Shown piece by piece: positions 31,818 through 45,090 of a stretch of 45,798 nucleotides of DNA. Location: positions 1-45,798 of the forward strand of contig ADNK01001788.1 of assembly GCA_000320545.1 (NCBI GenBank), in the 5' to 3' direction. The notes under the pieces were generated by a model. It saw only the letters and a list, made by a program, of their open reading frames with translations. It made no database searches and was not told where the DNA came from. Both the position numbers and the translations under genes were made by a program. The stretch comes from Bigelowiella natans CCMP2755 (lineage: Eukaryota; Protista; Cercozoa). How positions within the stretch are numbered: position 1 is the stretch's first letter; the number at the start of each line of letters is the position of its first letter.

Positions 31818-33628
31818 ATGACGACCAAATGCAAATCAGCCATACTTTACTGCCGATGATGCAAGAGTTTGATTCCAGATGGGGTTGCGGGGACATTCTC
31901 GCCGATGTGTCGTTATCGAGTAAAAGGGGGGCGTTATTATTTCGAAAATGGAGCTGCCTGCTGTCGTACCTCATCGCCAGTCTTAATTCCTGTCTCGACT
32001 CGTGTTTCGCCGTTTACCTCTGGGTACCTGATGATGATGATGTTGATGATGATGGATGATGATGATGATGATGGCGATACGATGATTACGATGCATGATT
32101 ATTCGCAATAAAGGCCTTCAACTGTACTAGCTAAAACACACAAGCAGTCTCCCAGAGAAGTAAGAGTTGTTGATCTCATCTCCTTACCGAACATGGTGCA
32201 GCTTTCCTACAGCAGGGAGGAAGCCATTGTCAGGATCCTCAGCGTAGATTCCTGAAGTGATGGTGATGGTGATGATGATGATACAAGAAAGGGCGGAAAG
32301 TGTGAGAGGATGATGCGTGCGCGCGAAGATCTACATGCAAGAACGCCGCAGGCGAGCGCACAAACACGCGCATTCTGTCAATACGTGCTTCGATGGCATG
32401 GCCCTGGACTGTTGCATTGATTTCTTCCTGGTTCGCAGGTAGCGGATGGCTGAGAGGAAAATGAGAAAGGAAGGATAAGGTGGGGTGGGGGGGGGATCAC
32501 ATGCGGAGTTTAAACTCATGAGTAATTCGAGATATTAGTCAACAGCGACACTAACATGGCCGCAACATATCACTCTTTTCTCCCCCCCCCCCCCCCCCCC
32601 CCTCCCTCCCTCCCGTCCCGTCCGTGCAAGGAAGGGCTCGAAACCCCCCCTTTTGGGAGGGGAGGCGGCCACGCCCCAAGGTCATTCCAGTGATCTTTTG
32701 GGGGGACGGGATCCTCCCCCTCCAACCAAGGGGGGTGTGGGGGGGGGGGAAGGTAATTCAGAGAGTAGTGGCCTTTTTCTTGGAGTATCATTGCGATTGA
32801 AAGTACAATTCATTTTGAGCTCGAGACACAAAGAACATCACTTTTCGTTGTAATTATGGTGACGGGCGACGATTAAGAGGAAGAAACTTACCGTTCTGAT
32901 TATATCAATCATTTTTATCATCATCATCATCATCATCGTCGTCGTCATCGTCATTGTCATCTCGTCACCATCATTTTGCGGAACTACTACATACACGAAC
33001 CCACCTGCAATCGAGTGTTCATCTCCATGAAGAAGTAGTCGTTTGTCTCCGCATCGAAGATGAATTCAACAGTCCCCGCTCCTTCATAGCTGTCGAGTGC
33101 GACGAAAGTATCGTTTCAGTTCGCAGAAGAAGAAGAAGCAGAAAGAGAAGCATATGGGCACAAGCTGACGCTGAGCGCCATCTTTCAAAAACATAGTCTC
33201 GAAATGCTACAGTCGGCGCTGGAAAAAGTAGGCGATAATGTACTGTCAAGCGCTCTTAGAGAATCGTTTCGTATAGAATGTTTCTTTTGACATCATGCCT
33301 TCCTTTCAACTACCCGACGGCCTTGGCAGCATTAACAGCACTCTCGCCCATCGTCGCTCTGAGCTCCGCACTCATTCCTATGGAAAGCGGGAGAAACAAC
33401 AATGAAGTTGGTCAAGGGCATGGTTTTCATGGCTTCCTGATGTTCGTGCCCTTGGTGGCAGAAAAGTGAAAGGAAGAGGGAAAGAATAGAAGGGGGGTGG
33501 GGGGGGGGGGAGATTAGACCGTTTACGTAAACACTATCTCCCATCCCCACTCTTATCCTCAATGTTCATTTAAAAACTAAGAAAAAGTCCACCGAACTAC
33601 GCAATGAACACCATTCTGCTGCTGCAAA

Positions 33629-33667
<39 letters not shown>

Positions 33668-34015
33668 ACCTGGGGCAGGGGCTTCTTCTAACACCTATGG
33701 TTGGAGTAGTAGTATAAGGAGGAGGAAGAGGAGGAGGAGGAGGAGGAGGAGGAGAAGAGAAATTGGGAAAATCCACGTTGTTGTTACAGATCGTGAATCA
33801 AGAAACCGGCTACAGTATTAGTATTAGTATTAGTAGTAGTAGCAGTAGTGGATTCTCGTCGTTTTATCTTACCTTCTGGTGCCTCCGCTGCACGCTGCAG
33901 TCTCTCTCGTAAAGATGTACGGCGCTTCCTGCATCGTGGCAATATGAGCGTGATCAGCATCATCGCAGAGGGGTGGAGGGAGGGAGGGAGTGAGCGAGGG
34001 AGGGGCGCAGTAGAG

Positions 34016-34051
<36 letters not shown>

Positions 34052-35363
34052 GTTGGTCTGCAAAGACTTGGAACTCAATATGGCGAGGTCTCTCGATAAA
34101 TCTGCGGAGGAGGAGGGGTGGGGAGGGGGAGAGTGTTGGAGCATGGAATGATAATGATGGACGCGACTGTCGTGCGGCTACATATTATGTCCCATTTCTT
34201 TTATTTTCCAAATCCTGGGATAGGCGGTGCTGCTACTACCTCTCGAGGAGCACATTGTCGTCACTGAAAGACTTCATGGACCTGCAGCAACATGGGTGAG
34301 AAAGGGGGGGGGGAGAGGAACAAATGAGGCAGATTGTCCATTGCTCATCATCGTTTTGTTTTTTGAAAAAATAGAGTCTATATGCTCTGAAATCGTGGTG
34401 GGGCATGATGAGTGGTTCCCCCCCCCCCCCCCTTCTTTCTTCTCTTTCAAGATACCAGCAGCTGATTGATCTGCGGAAATCATGGCGATCGATCACATAT
34501 ACATGCAAGGGAGCTCTCAACGAGCGGTCTTACTCTCTCTTCGCCGAGTCAAGCATATCGAGAAACTCATCAGCAGAGCGGACAATGCGCATCCCCTTCC
34601 CCCCACCGCCTTAGAGAATACATAGACGATCATTAAATCGTTGCGAGGAAACCGGCAACTACGCACGGAATTGTAATATAAATGCACAGAGCGCAGATTT
34701 CCACGCGTGTGATGGAACAAATACACTTCGGAGAGGGGACGATCCATTCTTGGCTCAATACTTTGCTCTCACGAATGTGTTTATCATCCTCTTTTCTTCT
34801 CGAAACCCCCTCTTCGTCATAGATATTGTATGTGTGTGTGTGTGTGTGTGTGATCGAGAAAGGGGGGGGGGGAGAGAGAGAGATCTCATACCGAGACACA
34901 CGCTTTAATCATGAGTGGGTAGCCAATCTTATTTGCCTCTTCCACCAGTTTCGACTCACTCTGGTCACAGTTTCAAGAAAAAAGGAGTTAAGGGCTGCTC
35001 AGTGAATGCTATAGGATTGATGGCGTGGCAGCAACGTCATGTGAAATACCAATATACATTGGGAGTAAAACTGTTCTGTATGCTTCGACTAGAATATTTA
35101 AACTATTAGATGTCCAGATCTTTGATTGCATTGGACACAATACTACCTGATCTTCTCCATGGTAGCCTGGCACTACAGGAACCTATCAAAGCAACTCAAG
35201 TGGTTCACTCTGCTTGCAAGGATGTATAGGAGGAGGAGGAGGAGGAGGAGGAGGAGGAGGAGGAGGAGGAGGACTAACACTATCAAATATAAATATATTC
35301 CTCTTGCTGTTTTCATCGGCTACTTCTACGTGGTTGTACCCCTCCCCGTCCCCCCCCCCCCCA

Positions 35364-35396
<33 letters not shown>

Positions 35397-36357
35397 CGCA
35401 CGCACGCAACAGTACATCAGAAACTGAGGGAAGGGACCGACCTTGGCATCTGTCATGATGATCTTCGAAGCACTCTTAGATCCCATCGCATGAATAGCCT
35501 TGGAGGGGGGTCCAATGAACTGTGCAGCAGCAGCAGCAGCAGCAGCAGCAGTACTCAGGAGACACGCGTGTGAGAAAGCATATACGCACAGTCGTTTCGT
35601 TTCTTGCTCCGGTTACCTTAATCCCTGCATCAATGCACGCGTCTGCGAACTGGGCGTTCTCGGAGAGAAATCCGTACCCCTAAAGTAGCGCTTAACGATT
35701 AGACAACACGGGGGTTTTCAGCTGCTGAAGGGTATTATCGCCTACCGGATGTATTGCCTCTGCCCCAGTCTGAGCTGCGATCTCAAGGATCTTATCGCCC
35801 AGCAAATAACTGAAGAGGAAGAAAAGGTTATTAGATCTTTGGACCGAACGTTGGAGCTGTAATATTGTTTGTATCCCTGTACCTCTGGGCAGCAGGCGGC
35901 TCTCCAATGCGAACAGCCTGCACGAGTTGTTACGTGTTGAATAGTCAAAATAACTTTGCGATCAACCACTATTATCGGTACGGTCAGGGTGGGAAAGGGA
36001 AACACCACCTCGTCAGCCATCCGAACGTGCTCCGCATGCATATCTGCATCTGAGAATACTGCGACAGTCTTCACTCCAACCTCCCGGCACGTGCGGATTA
36101 CACGGCATGCAATTTCTCCTGCATCAACATAAGTACAAAGTTGTGAGGCGTCGTGCAAACCTTAGCAACCGCTATCGTGCATATACATTACCTCTGTTGG
36201 CAATTAAGATCTTGTTGAACGATGGCGGTAGGGACGTATCTACGCAGAGCCCGCATGGAGTCTGCTGTATCGTCGAGAGAAATCTGCGGGACGCGCGGTC
36301 AAGAAAGTTTACACCACCCCTTCGGGTAGGAGCTCGAAAAACGTGCCCGAGCATCAT
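29945..36357 (-). CDS. MCCC1: 3-methylcrotonyl-CoA carboxylase alpha subunit (biotin carboxylase + biotinyl domain), probably mitochondrial, many exons
   Basis: Arg/Ser-rich presequence; KILIANRG|[13 protein letters not shown]|[53 protein letters not shown]; biotinylation motif EAMKMEH (MCC-type rather than the PCC-type MKMQN). One internal exon looks corrupted (see findings). Confidence 0.9.
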
Positions 36358-36981
36358 CTTGTAACAGGTGGATGGGGGCGACGGGATGGACGTGTCTGGC
36401 ACGCACCAGAAATTTTCAGATATCGGCCGGCTACTTCCGGACCATATCTTTTTGTCATTTACTACGGAACGACGCAACTTTCGCTCGCATTTCAGTTCTT
36501 TTCCCAGAGGTCTTTTCCACATCAGGAAGAATTACCTACAAAATTGTGTCTGAAACCGCGCTTGACGTGCTCTTCTCCAAGCATTAAATATCGAACATCA
36601 GAAACACCACATTCCGAACGATGGATGACCAATCAGGCCGACTCACCAAGACCTCCAAAATGGAATCAATGGCGTTTTGTATTGAAAATTGGCGATGGGT
36701 GATAAATAAGGGTGGATTGAACGGCATTTATGATATCTGCATCTTATGTCTTAATTCTTAAAAATATACCATTTCCAGGAGAAATGGATTCTTCTCGGCA
36801 AAGCATATCACGCAAAGTCAGCGCGCCCCTCTAGAAGGAACCCGAGCTTCGAAGGGTAAGAAGCGTCAGGGGGGGGGGATTATCCGTGAATCTTTCCGCT
36901 ACGGATGTCGTGACTTTGGAGAGCTTGTCTATCGAAGTTGAAAACATTTTTTGGCTCAGAACTCTCCTCCGCGCCATCGTG
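36358..36981. promoter_or_regulatory. Probable bidirectional promoter region between MCCC1 and the Acinus gene
   Basis: ~620 bp between divergent start codons, free of microsatellites; CCAAT near 36629 and ATTGG near 36688. Confidence 0.5.
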
Positions 36982-39499
36982 ATGACTCCTGACGACCAAC
37001 TCATCCCTTCGAAGCTGAAGGTGTAGCATAAGCGATAGTAGTAGTGGGACTCGAACGCAAATGAACCAAAATTTATATCGCTGAGATTTCTATGTTCATA
37101 CAGGTAGTTGAGCTGAGGAAGGAGCTTCAAGCTCGTAACCTTAACAAGAAAGGTGGCCTTCGTTTCTCATTCCATCTCTATGCCTCATCAAATCGACCAG
37201 TTCCCAAAATTATCCGTCATCTCAGGTCGCAAGGCAGAGCTCATCGCAAGACTGGACGAATACCTTGCTAAGAATCAATCCCAAGCGTCCCAAGGCGAAT
37301 CTGCATCAGCTTCGGCTGCAGTCCCACCATCAGCCGCCACAGCCTCAAGCTCCGAAATGCGCTCTGCACCGCCTCCTGCAGCCAAAGAGAAAGAAAAGGA
37401 AACCTCAGCAGCAGCAGCAACAACAACAACAACAACAACTAAGGTCGAATCTGAGGCCAAAAAGGAAACCCGTGGAGAGGAATCGGAGGCTGGAGCTACC
37501 ACCACCTCTGTTGACGACAGCAGCAACAACAACAAAGACAACGACGGGGATGGGCCGAAGGAGGTGGCCTCCCATATTTAGATTTAGACCAGAAGATATA
37601 TCTATGTATCTCCTGCATACATTCTGTTCAATTGAATAAAGTGAAAATCGCTTGGCTCTCTACTGTTAAACTCATCCTCTCCCCCACCTCCCGCTCCTCC
37701 TAAATGATGTGACAGGAGGCCGAGCCCGAGCTGCAGCCCACCCGGTCAACGAGTGTTTTAGACATGGTGGACGACGATGAAGAAGATATGGACGAAGATC
37801 TTCCAAAGAAGGAGGAGAAAAAAATCGAGCGAAATGGACCAGGTGATAGTGTTAGCAATTATAGATCTACTATGAATCTGCTAAATGGAAGTGGCGATAA
37901 ATGACAAAAGAGCGCGTCGATGCCGTCCATCTCTCCGTTACGCTCCCTTATTTCTTCTGGCCGAGGTACTGCGAAGCACATTGACGAATCGTGTTTTTTA
38001 CCTGCTGTTCATAGGGGACGACAAGAAGAAGGAGCGGGGGGTACCGGCAGCAGAGCAAGCGGTCGTAGCAGCCTCAAAACCACCTCCTCCCTCTAGATCG
38101 AAAGACATGGAAACCGAGAAGAGAAGGAGAAGCAGCATTAGTAGTAGTAGCAGCAAGAATGCTAGTAGACGAGCAGCACGGTCTTCGGATGAGAAGGAAC
38201 AAAGCCGTCCACCTGCGCGAAGAAGGGGGGGGAAAATCATCGCCAAGATTGCCGATTTCATCAACTCCAACTCTAGGCCAGGTAGGAGGCGAAGTGGGGG
38301 GGAGAGACAACAACGAGGAAGAATGGACGGCGGCGGAAGATATCTAAATGGAAAGCGGATGAGAGCCAGGGGGGACCGAGATGCAGCAGGCTACGACAGA
38401 AGAAGAGGGGAGGGGGAACGGAGCATTAAAAGACACAAGACTCGGATCACAATCAAATCTTCTTCGGTAAGATGGTGATAAACGCTAGTGATAACCGGGG
38501 AAGAAGAGGACATGTTTGCTTGGAGTGTTTGGATGTTAAATTATAGTGTGCGTTGTTGCGCCCTTCCTTTCTTCACAGGCACCTCCCCCAAAAGGCCGTT
38601 TCGAGAGTCTCTCGTTTAAGGACCTCGAAGAGGATGCCCGCAAACGTCGTCTCCAACCACCACCACCACTATCACCACCATCACCACCTTATATTATCCC
38701 CCACAGTCTCCTCCTCCTCCTCCTCTTCTTTATCGTCATCATTGTGGCTTTCACTTTAATGAACCCTGAAAAGGGCGTTTGTATCTGGGATATCCTTATG
38801 CAAATCCCCACTCTGCTATCGTTGTTACTCGCCTTCTTTCTTCGCCTTCTCCATCATCATAATCTCCTTGCTCTTCTTCTTCTTCTCCTCCTCCTTTGAA
38901 TAGGCGGGATTGTGGTAGTGGAAGAAGATGACGGAGAAAATGATGATCAAGAGATGCGCTTCTCAAATATCACAATCGAGATAGTGAATGACGGTACCGT
39001 TATTATTATTCCTATTACTGTTATTATGATTGCTATTATTGTTATTATTTATTATTGTTATTTATTTCCCCGACTCTTGCTGGTGCGTTATCATATACCA
39101 CGTGCCATGATCAATGCTCTTTGCTCATGCCGGGTGGGGTCTTCAATTTGTTTTGCTTTCCTCTCCAAACAACCGCGTTTATACAATTCTCTCAGCTGTA
39201 AACCCCGACGACGGCTCCAATAGTAAGGCCTCTGCTGCTGCTGCTTCTGGTGATAATACAGGGGGGAGCGGCGGTGCGGCTAGCGCTGGAAGTGCTCGTT
39301 CCCCGAGTCGTGCAATGAGGATCGATGGTTTTGTGAGACCTTTCCGTGTTTCAGATGTGCGGAAACTCCTAGAAAAGGTGAAAGTGAAGCATGCATGCTT
39401 TCTGTAGGAGGGTATAGGGAGAGTGATAGACAGCGATAAATAGCTTGGGTGGGTGGATGCCATTCCGCTTTCTTTGTCTCTTTGTGTGCCTGTGTGTGT

Positions 39500-39551
<52 letters not shown>

Positions 39552-40658
39552 CAAAGGAAATCCCGTGTCCTACAAACCATACCCTCATCCTCCGAAATAA
39601 CGAAGCCGATGACTATGCCTTCAAACGTCGTTTGTCTTGTTAAATGCTCGTTATATATCTCTTCCCTGCCACCACCACCACCATCATCATCATCATGGTC
39701 ACTTGCATGATCATCATCATCATCACTATCGGGCACATTATTGATATCCGGCATTATGCCCACCCACCACTGCGCGTCCTTCCCTCCTTCGACGTTGATT
39801 TCTCTCTTTCTCTCTCGTATCTCTCGTTTATCTCTCTCTCTCTCTTTTATTTTATCTCCTCCCAGCATGGAAATGTGGTCCATTTCTGGATGGACAAGAT
39901 CCGAACGCATTGCTACACAATATTTTCTTCCGAGGTGAGCTGCTCTGCGGCTGCTGCTGCTGCTGCTGCTGCTGTTATGTGCACTTGTGCGCCGTGTGAA
40001 TGGAGAATAGAAGCCGGATACGCGGCAGCGAGAGGGAGGAGGGAGGGGGGAAGATGCTAGTTCTCCTTGTTGTGTTGTTTTGCCATGACAATTTCTGTCG
40101 TTGGTTGATCAGGAGGAGGCAGCTCAATGCAAGGAAGCTCTCGACGGTTTGGTATGGTCTGAAGGCTCTGTAAAGACCCTCAAAGTGCTATTTGTAGCGG
40201 TTGATGAGGCGATTGATGCTGCAAGGCCAAAGGTCAGAAGTACTAACAACAAACCGTATTCACGACAACAACGACGACGTGGAAGTGGAAAAGAGTGAGG
40301 AGGAGGAGGACGAGGAGGAGGAGGAGGAGGAGGAGAGGATGCATTCCTCCTACTTTAGTTTATTGTCGTTGAGAGAGCGGACGATGCTGCCATCCCACAA
40401 AGAGAGATCTGCAGGATAATTGACACATAAGGACATTGCATACTGTTCAGTTACCGACGGCAAGGCGAAAACAAGCAACAAAGAGGGAGGAGGAGGAGGA
40501 GGACAGAGAGAAGAGAGAAAAGGTGTCCTTGAAGACCCTTGATGAGCTATTCAAGAGAACGACTACAAAGCCGCCACTGTACTGGCTGCCATTGACAGGT
40601 GGGTGGGTCCGACGATGTGAGCTGTCATCAGTCTTATGCGCTGTGTGTAATGTTTTAG

Positions 40659-40728
<70 letters not shown>

Positions 40729-40850
40729 CATATGTTGTCATCTATAATGTCCTCCGCATCATCTCAGACGAAGAAGTCGAAGAGCGGGAGAGAAAGGTCG
40801 CAGAGCGACGGGTGGATATTATGAATAGCCGTAACCGTATGCGGCGTTAA
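36982..40850 (+). CDS. ACIN1: Acinus (apoptotic chromatin condensation inducer / ASAP complex subunit) orthologue
   Basis: SAP domain KLK|VVELRKELQARNLNKKG|RKAELIARLDEY; Acinus-type RRM RIDGFVRPF..|HGNVVHFWMDKIRTHCY..|EEAAQCKEALDGLVW; RSB motif KTLDELFKRTTTKPPLYWLPLT|DEEV. Confidence 0.92.
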
Positions 40851-41098
40851 TGAATCGACATCAAAACTGCTACCGAAGCACGCTCGATCCATGTGGAAGA
40901 ACAATTCTCGATTCTTTTACACATGCGCTCGCTGCTACTCTTCAGGCGCTTTGTAGCAAGTGGGCCATGCTGTGCAGGTTGCCAGCTGCATACGGTCGAT
41001 CACTGATGGCAATGCTGCTTTTGCACAATAGACGTGGCGTGTCCTTGCTTGTGTTTCATGCATTTTCGCCGCCTGGATTCTGAAAATTGGAGCATGCA

Positions 41099-41166
41099 TG
41101 TGAGACGGATGTATAATGAGGTGATTAAATATTTTCATGAGCAATGGTCATCCTAACGTAGCTATG
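41099..41166 (+). repeat. Dispersed repeat, copy 5 (truncated or interrupted)
   Basis: TGTGAGACGGATGTATAATGAGG..TTTTCATGAGCAATGGTCATCCTAACGTAGCTA; a segment resembling the missing 3' part (TTGCCATCTATTTGTTTC) occurs near 41852. Confidence 0.85.
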
Positions 41167-42342
41167 TCTAGATCTAGAGATGTGCGCGCGCGTACGTGCA
41201 CGCAAATCTAGATCGAAATGCTAGCTAGCTAGAATGGCAGCAGCGCTTTGTGGACTTCTTTTGCTAGTTTGCGGCTGCGTGTTGACCCGGCTAGCAGCCG
41301 GCTTCATCAGCGTAAGGTTTTCACATAACGGAGAGAGCTAGCAGCTAGCTAGAGATTATTGTTGGCATTAGTTGTGTGCAAACAAATAATGACTGCACAT
41401 GCTATAATGCATAGATGCAACGACACGTCTAGACGTCGTGCATGCATGCATGTCTAGGCTAGATGTGCACTACAGTGCACGCATGCGAACATTCATCAAC
41501 TAGGAGCAGAGTGCTACGCTTGTTCGTTCCAAATGAACATGGCACCGCCAAGCTAGCAAGCTCGCGGTCTAGCGGTGTGATGTGACTGGTTGGCTGGCTA
41601 GCTGGGACGTTCTACTCACTCACAAGTAATGTGGTGCACACTGCACGTGCTATAGCTAGCAGCTAGCTAGCCTGAGTAGCTGGATGCACTACAGGCTACT
41701 GCATGTGCTAATGTGGCATGTGCAGTGCACACTGCTATTATCTGTGCATCGCATTGCCATGCATGATGGAACGCATGTGCGCGCACGAGGCTTCAAAGGG
41801 AAAACTCTGATCGACTCACTCGTCACAGCATATTCTTCACGCATTCTAGCTTTGCCATCTATTTGTTTCATTGTTATAGCGATCAAATTGGCTTCCGACA
41901 CAAAATGCATCGCTGTCGCTCTTTGTTGTTACACATGCAGCATCTTTCCAATGCAAACATGCGAACATCGGGTCTCCTTTTTGATGCCAGAAATCTGGAT
42001 CCATTCATCAAAGGTAGCTTGCATTGAGAAAATTTTGCATCGAACCCTTATCGAAGGTAGTTTGCAATGAAAGAATTTTGCACCGAACCCACACTGTACA
42101 TGCATTAATTATTCAACATGATGATCATGCAAGTAGGTGGGGAGGAACATCCTCATTTTCCCAGAACTCGCACATGCTGTCTTTTCCATAATTTTCTGCC
42201 ACCTCCAGCAACTAAGTAGAACATAATTAGTGCATGATGTTGCTGCCTCTAAGATGTGTGTGTGTGAGAGAGAGAGAGAGAGCGAGAGAGGGAGAGAGAG
42301 AGTCTTACATTTTTATGTTTACCTCGTCATCAGCATTCTCTC

Positions 42343-44236
42343 CTACACCCCATTTGCCATAACGTCTTCCAACTGCCTCATAAGCAACCAGCCCTCCTGG
42401 TCCTGCAGATAGTCGAAAGAAGTGGACAAACAAGGTAAGAATGGATAAATGTTGGTGATAGTGGGATGAAAATCATATACTCCATCAGATAAATCATGCG
42501 GGCTCAGAGAAGGGCCACTAAACAACTCGCTTTCCGATTATCTGGCTTGGCGCCGCAATTGTGCAGTGTTCCCATAGTAGTAGGCCTACCGCTCCTATAT
42601 GGTCTTTCTACGCAACTAATTCGATGCTGTTCTTCTCTCCCTTAGCACTGCATGATGATGATGATGATGATAATAATAATAATAACAATTGAGCATCATG
42701 ACGACCTGGCGGGGGAGATGCAAGGTTCTTTGAGGAGGAGGAGGAGAGGGCAGGAGACCCAGAATTCATGGCGAATTCAACAAACGTGTCCACAAGCTTT
42801 GCTGCAAGCCTCTGCTCGTAACTGATTTAGGGGCGCAGCAGGCAGCAAATCACAGCAGGCCCAAAAGCAACACAAAATCATTTCTTGCGCATTATGAAGA
42901 GCCTTGCACAGCGTTCGGCACCGTCGTTCATTTGTTGGATATTGATGTATGTTGGGACTGGTGGTTACGATTGACAGCTACTCTGTATTCTTCCCCTCCC
43001 CCCCTGCTCGAAAATAAAGAACATTTTCCCTGCTACGTGGCAAAAATACGACGAGGGGGGCAAGGGGGTGACCCACCTTGTGAAAGATACGCCGGGAACC
43101 TTTAATACAGCGGTGGCAGTAGTAACAGCAGCATGAAGTGAGAGATACCATCAACCCATAGTTTTATATAATTTGTGTGTTTATGCTATATTATGTAAGC
43201 GTGTGTGTGTGTGTATCATTTGTAACATATGAAATGTAGTATGCCAGCTTGCAACCATTTGACGGTCGCCATCAAAGTCTCTCCACTTCACGAGTGGATC
43301 TCTCCCTCTCTTTCTCCCCCCTTTACCCCCCCCCCCTCCCCCCTCCTCATTCTTCTTCTTCTTCCAAAACCACTCTACCCACCACATCCTGGGTTCCGAA
43401 GGCGTACACATTATCTCTAAAATATATAATAAATATTGAAAAAAACTATAAATTATACAAATGCATACAAGGAATGGAAGATGCACGCGCTCAAGGCGCA
43501 GGACAAACTCTCGCCGGTCACTGGCATTGGACAACAGCTCTTCCATTTCTCTACTTCTAATTCGTGCAATTGGACAGATGTCGGCCCTTTTTCGGTGGGT
43601 TGTTGCATAATACACCACCACCACCACCACCACCAACAACAACTCGAAGCATGGTCAAGCAGCAGCCCCATTGCGCCTCCTCCCATCCCCCAAATCATTA
43701 AAAACGCGGTAGCCACCACCACCACCACCATGAATGCATGAATGCATGCATGCTGCCTCCTCCTCTAATGGCCGGTGAAGGGCAAGAAGTACCCGGCATG
43801 GCAACAGGCGTTCCCAGCGGTGCAGATTTTCATCTTAGCATTCGTAGGATCCTGGTGATGGGGGTTGTTTGTGTGTGTGATCACGTCCTGCGACACGACG
43901 ATTCGATGTGGTGCGATGTGGTGCTATGGTGTGGTTGGCCTGTCTCAACAATCCAATGGTGTTTTGCTGTATCGAGTGTGTTGCTACTACCGCTTGGGGA
44001 GAGTTGCTGTGCATAAACTCATACACGTAAACATCGCTGCTGCTGCTGCTGCTGCTGCTTTCGTCGCCAGTGATCCGTGCCATAAACGATGATGGCTCTG
44101 AGGAGGAGGAGGAGGAGGAGGAGCACCTGCATTGTTTGGGTTGGGGGAACGAAGCTCAGTGCCGGCCTTGGTGGGCAGTTGATATTGATTTCCATCAACC
44201 GCTCAGAATAGTGGCTCATCATGTGTTTGTAATATG

Positions 44237-44278
<42 letters not shown>

Positions 44279-45050
44279 GTTGCAACATATTAACATTATG
44301 TCCTACTTCTTGCTCACGAAGGCATCAGCAAGCCTCTTCACGTAGCAGCGCATGAGGAGATCCGTGCTCCTGGCAAGTGGAAGATGGAGGGGGCGGGGGG
44401 GAGGGGGGGAGGTTGAAAAATATTGTTTCCGTGAATAGCAACCCATGTAAATACAAACCGGACGCTCCTTGAATCATACGGTGGTTGCGGCGGAGAAAGG
44501 CGAGAAATGTCCAACGATGCTGTGTGTATTATGTACTTCTTCTTACTACCAGCGCATTGTTCTTTGCTGGCCGTTCCCCATGGCTTTCGGGTAGATCTTC
44601 TTCACCGCATCTGACCAAAAGGGGAGGTGCAATTATGAGAGAACAACCCACCCCATCATCATTATCATCACCATCATCATCATCTGCTGCTGCTATAGGC
44701 ATAGCAGAAACAGTTGCGGGCAGAATAACAAGAGAAGGTTGGAGGGAACGAGCGCCGGAGATCTCATCAACGTGTATCTTATTGGCCGTCTGAGCGTTCT
44801 TCCGACTCTCTCTCTCTCTATAAAGCAGCAGCATCGTCAGCTGATTGACCTCGAAGAGTCTTGTTGCTGTCAAATTGCAGCTCGAGGAAGCCATCCAGCA
44901 TGAGTGCATCCAGCGGGCCACTCGTCGGTGCGGGGAGAAAGGCGTCTGTCTCGTTCTTCACTGACCCAATTATCACCTGATGGTTACAATGATAATGACG
45001 TGCGGAAGAAGAGAGAAGAGTGCAGATATAAATGTATATGAGGGAGGGAT

Positions 45051-45090
<40 letters not shown>

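Noticed and set aside
7204-41166. CRISPR-like array from the recurring repeat
   Set aside because: Copies are kilobases apart, diverged and in eukaryotic context; no spacers or cas genes.
42030-42098. Possible Tc1/pogo-like terminus (..ACCGAACCCACACTG-TA) with an internal AATTTTGCA.CGAACCC duplication
   Set aside because: No matching opposite terminus found in the window; too little support.
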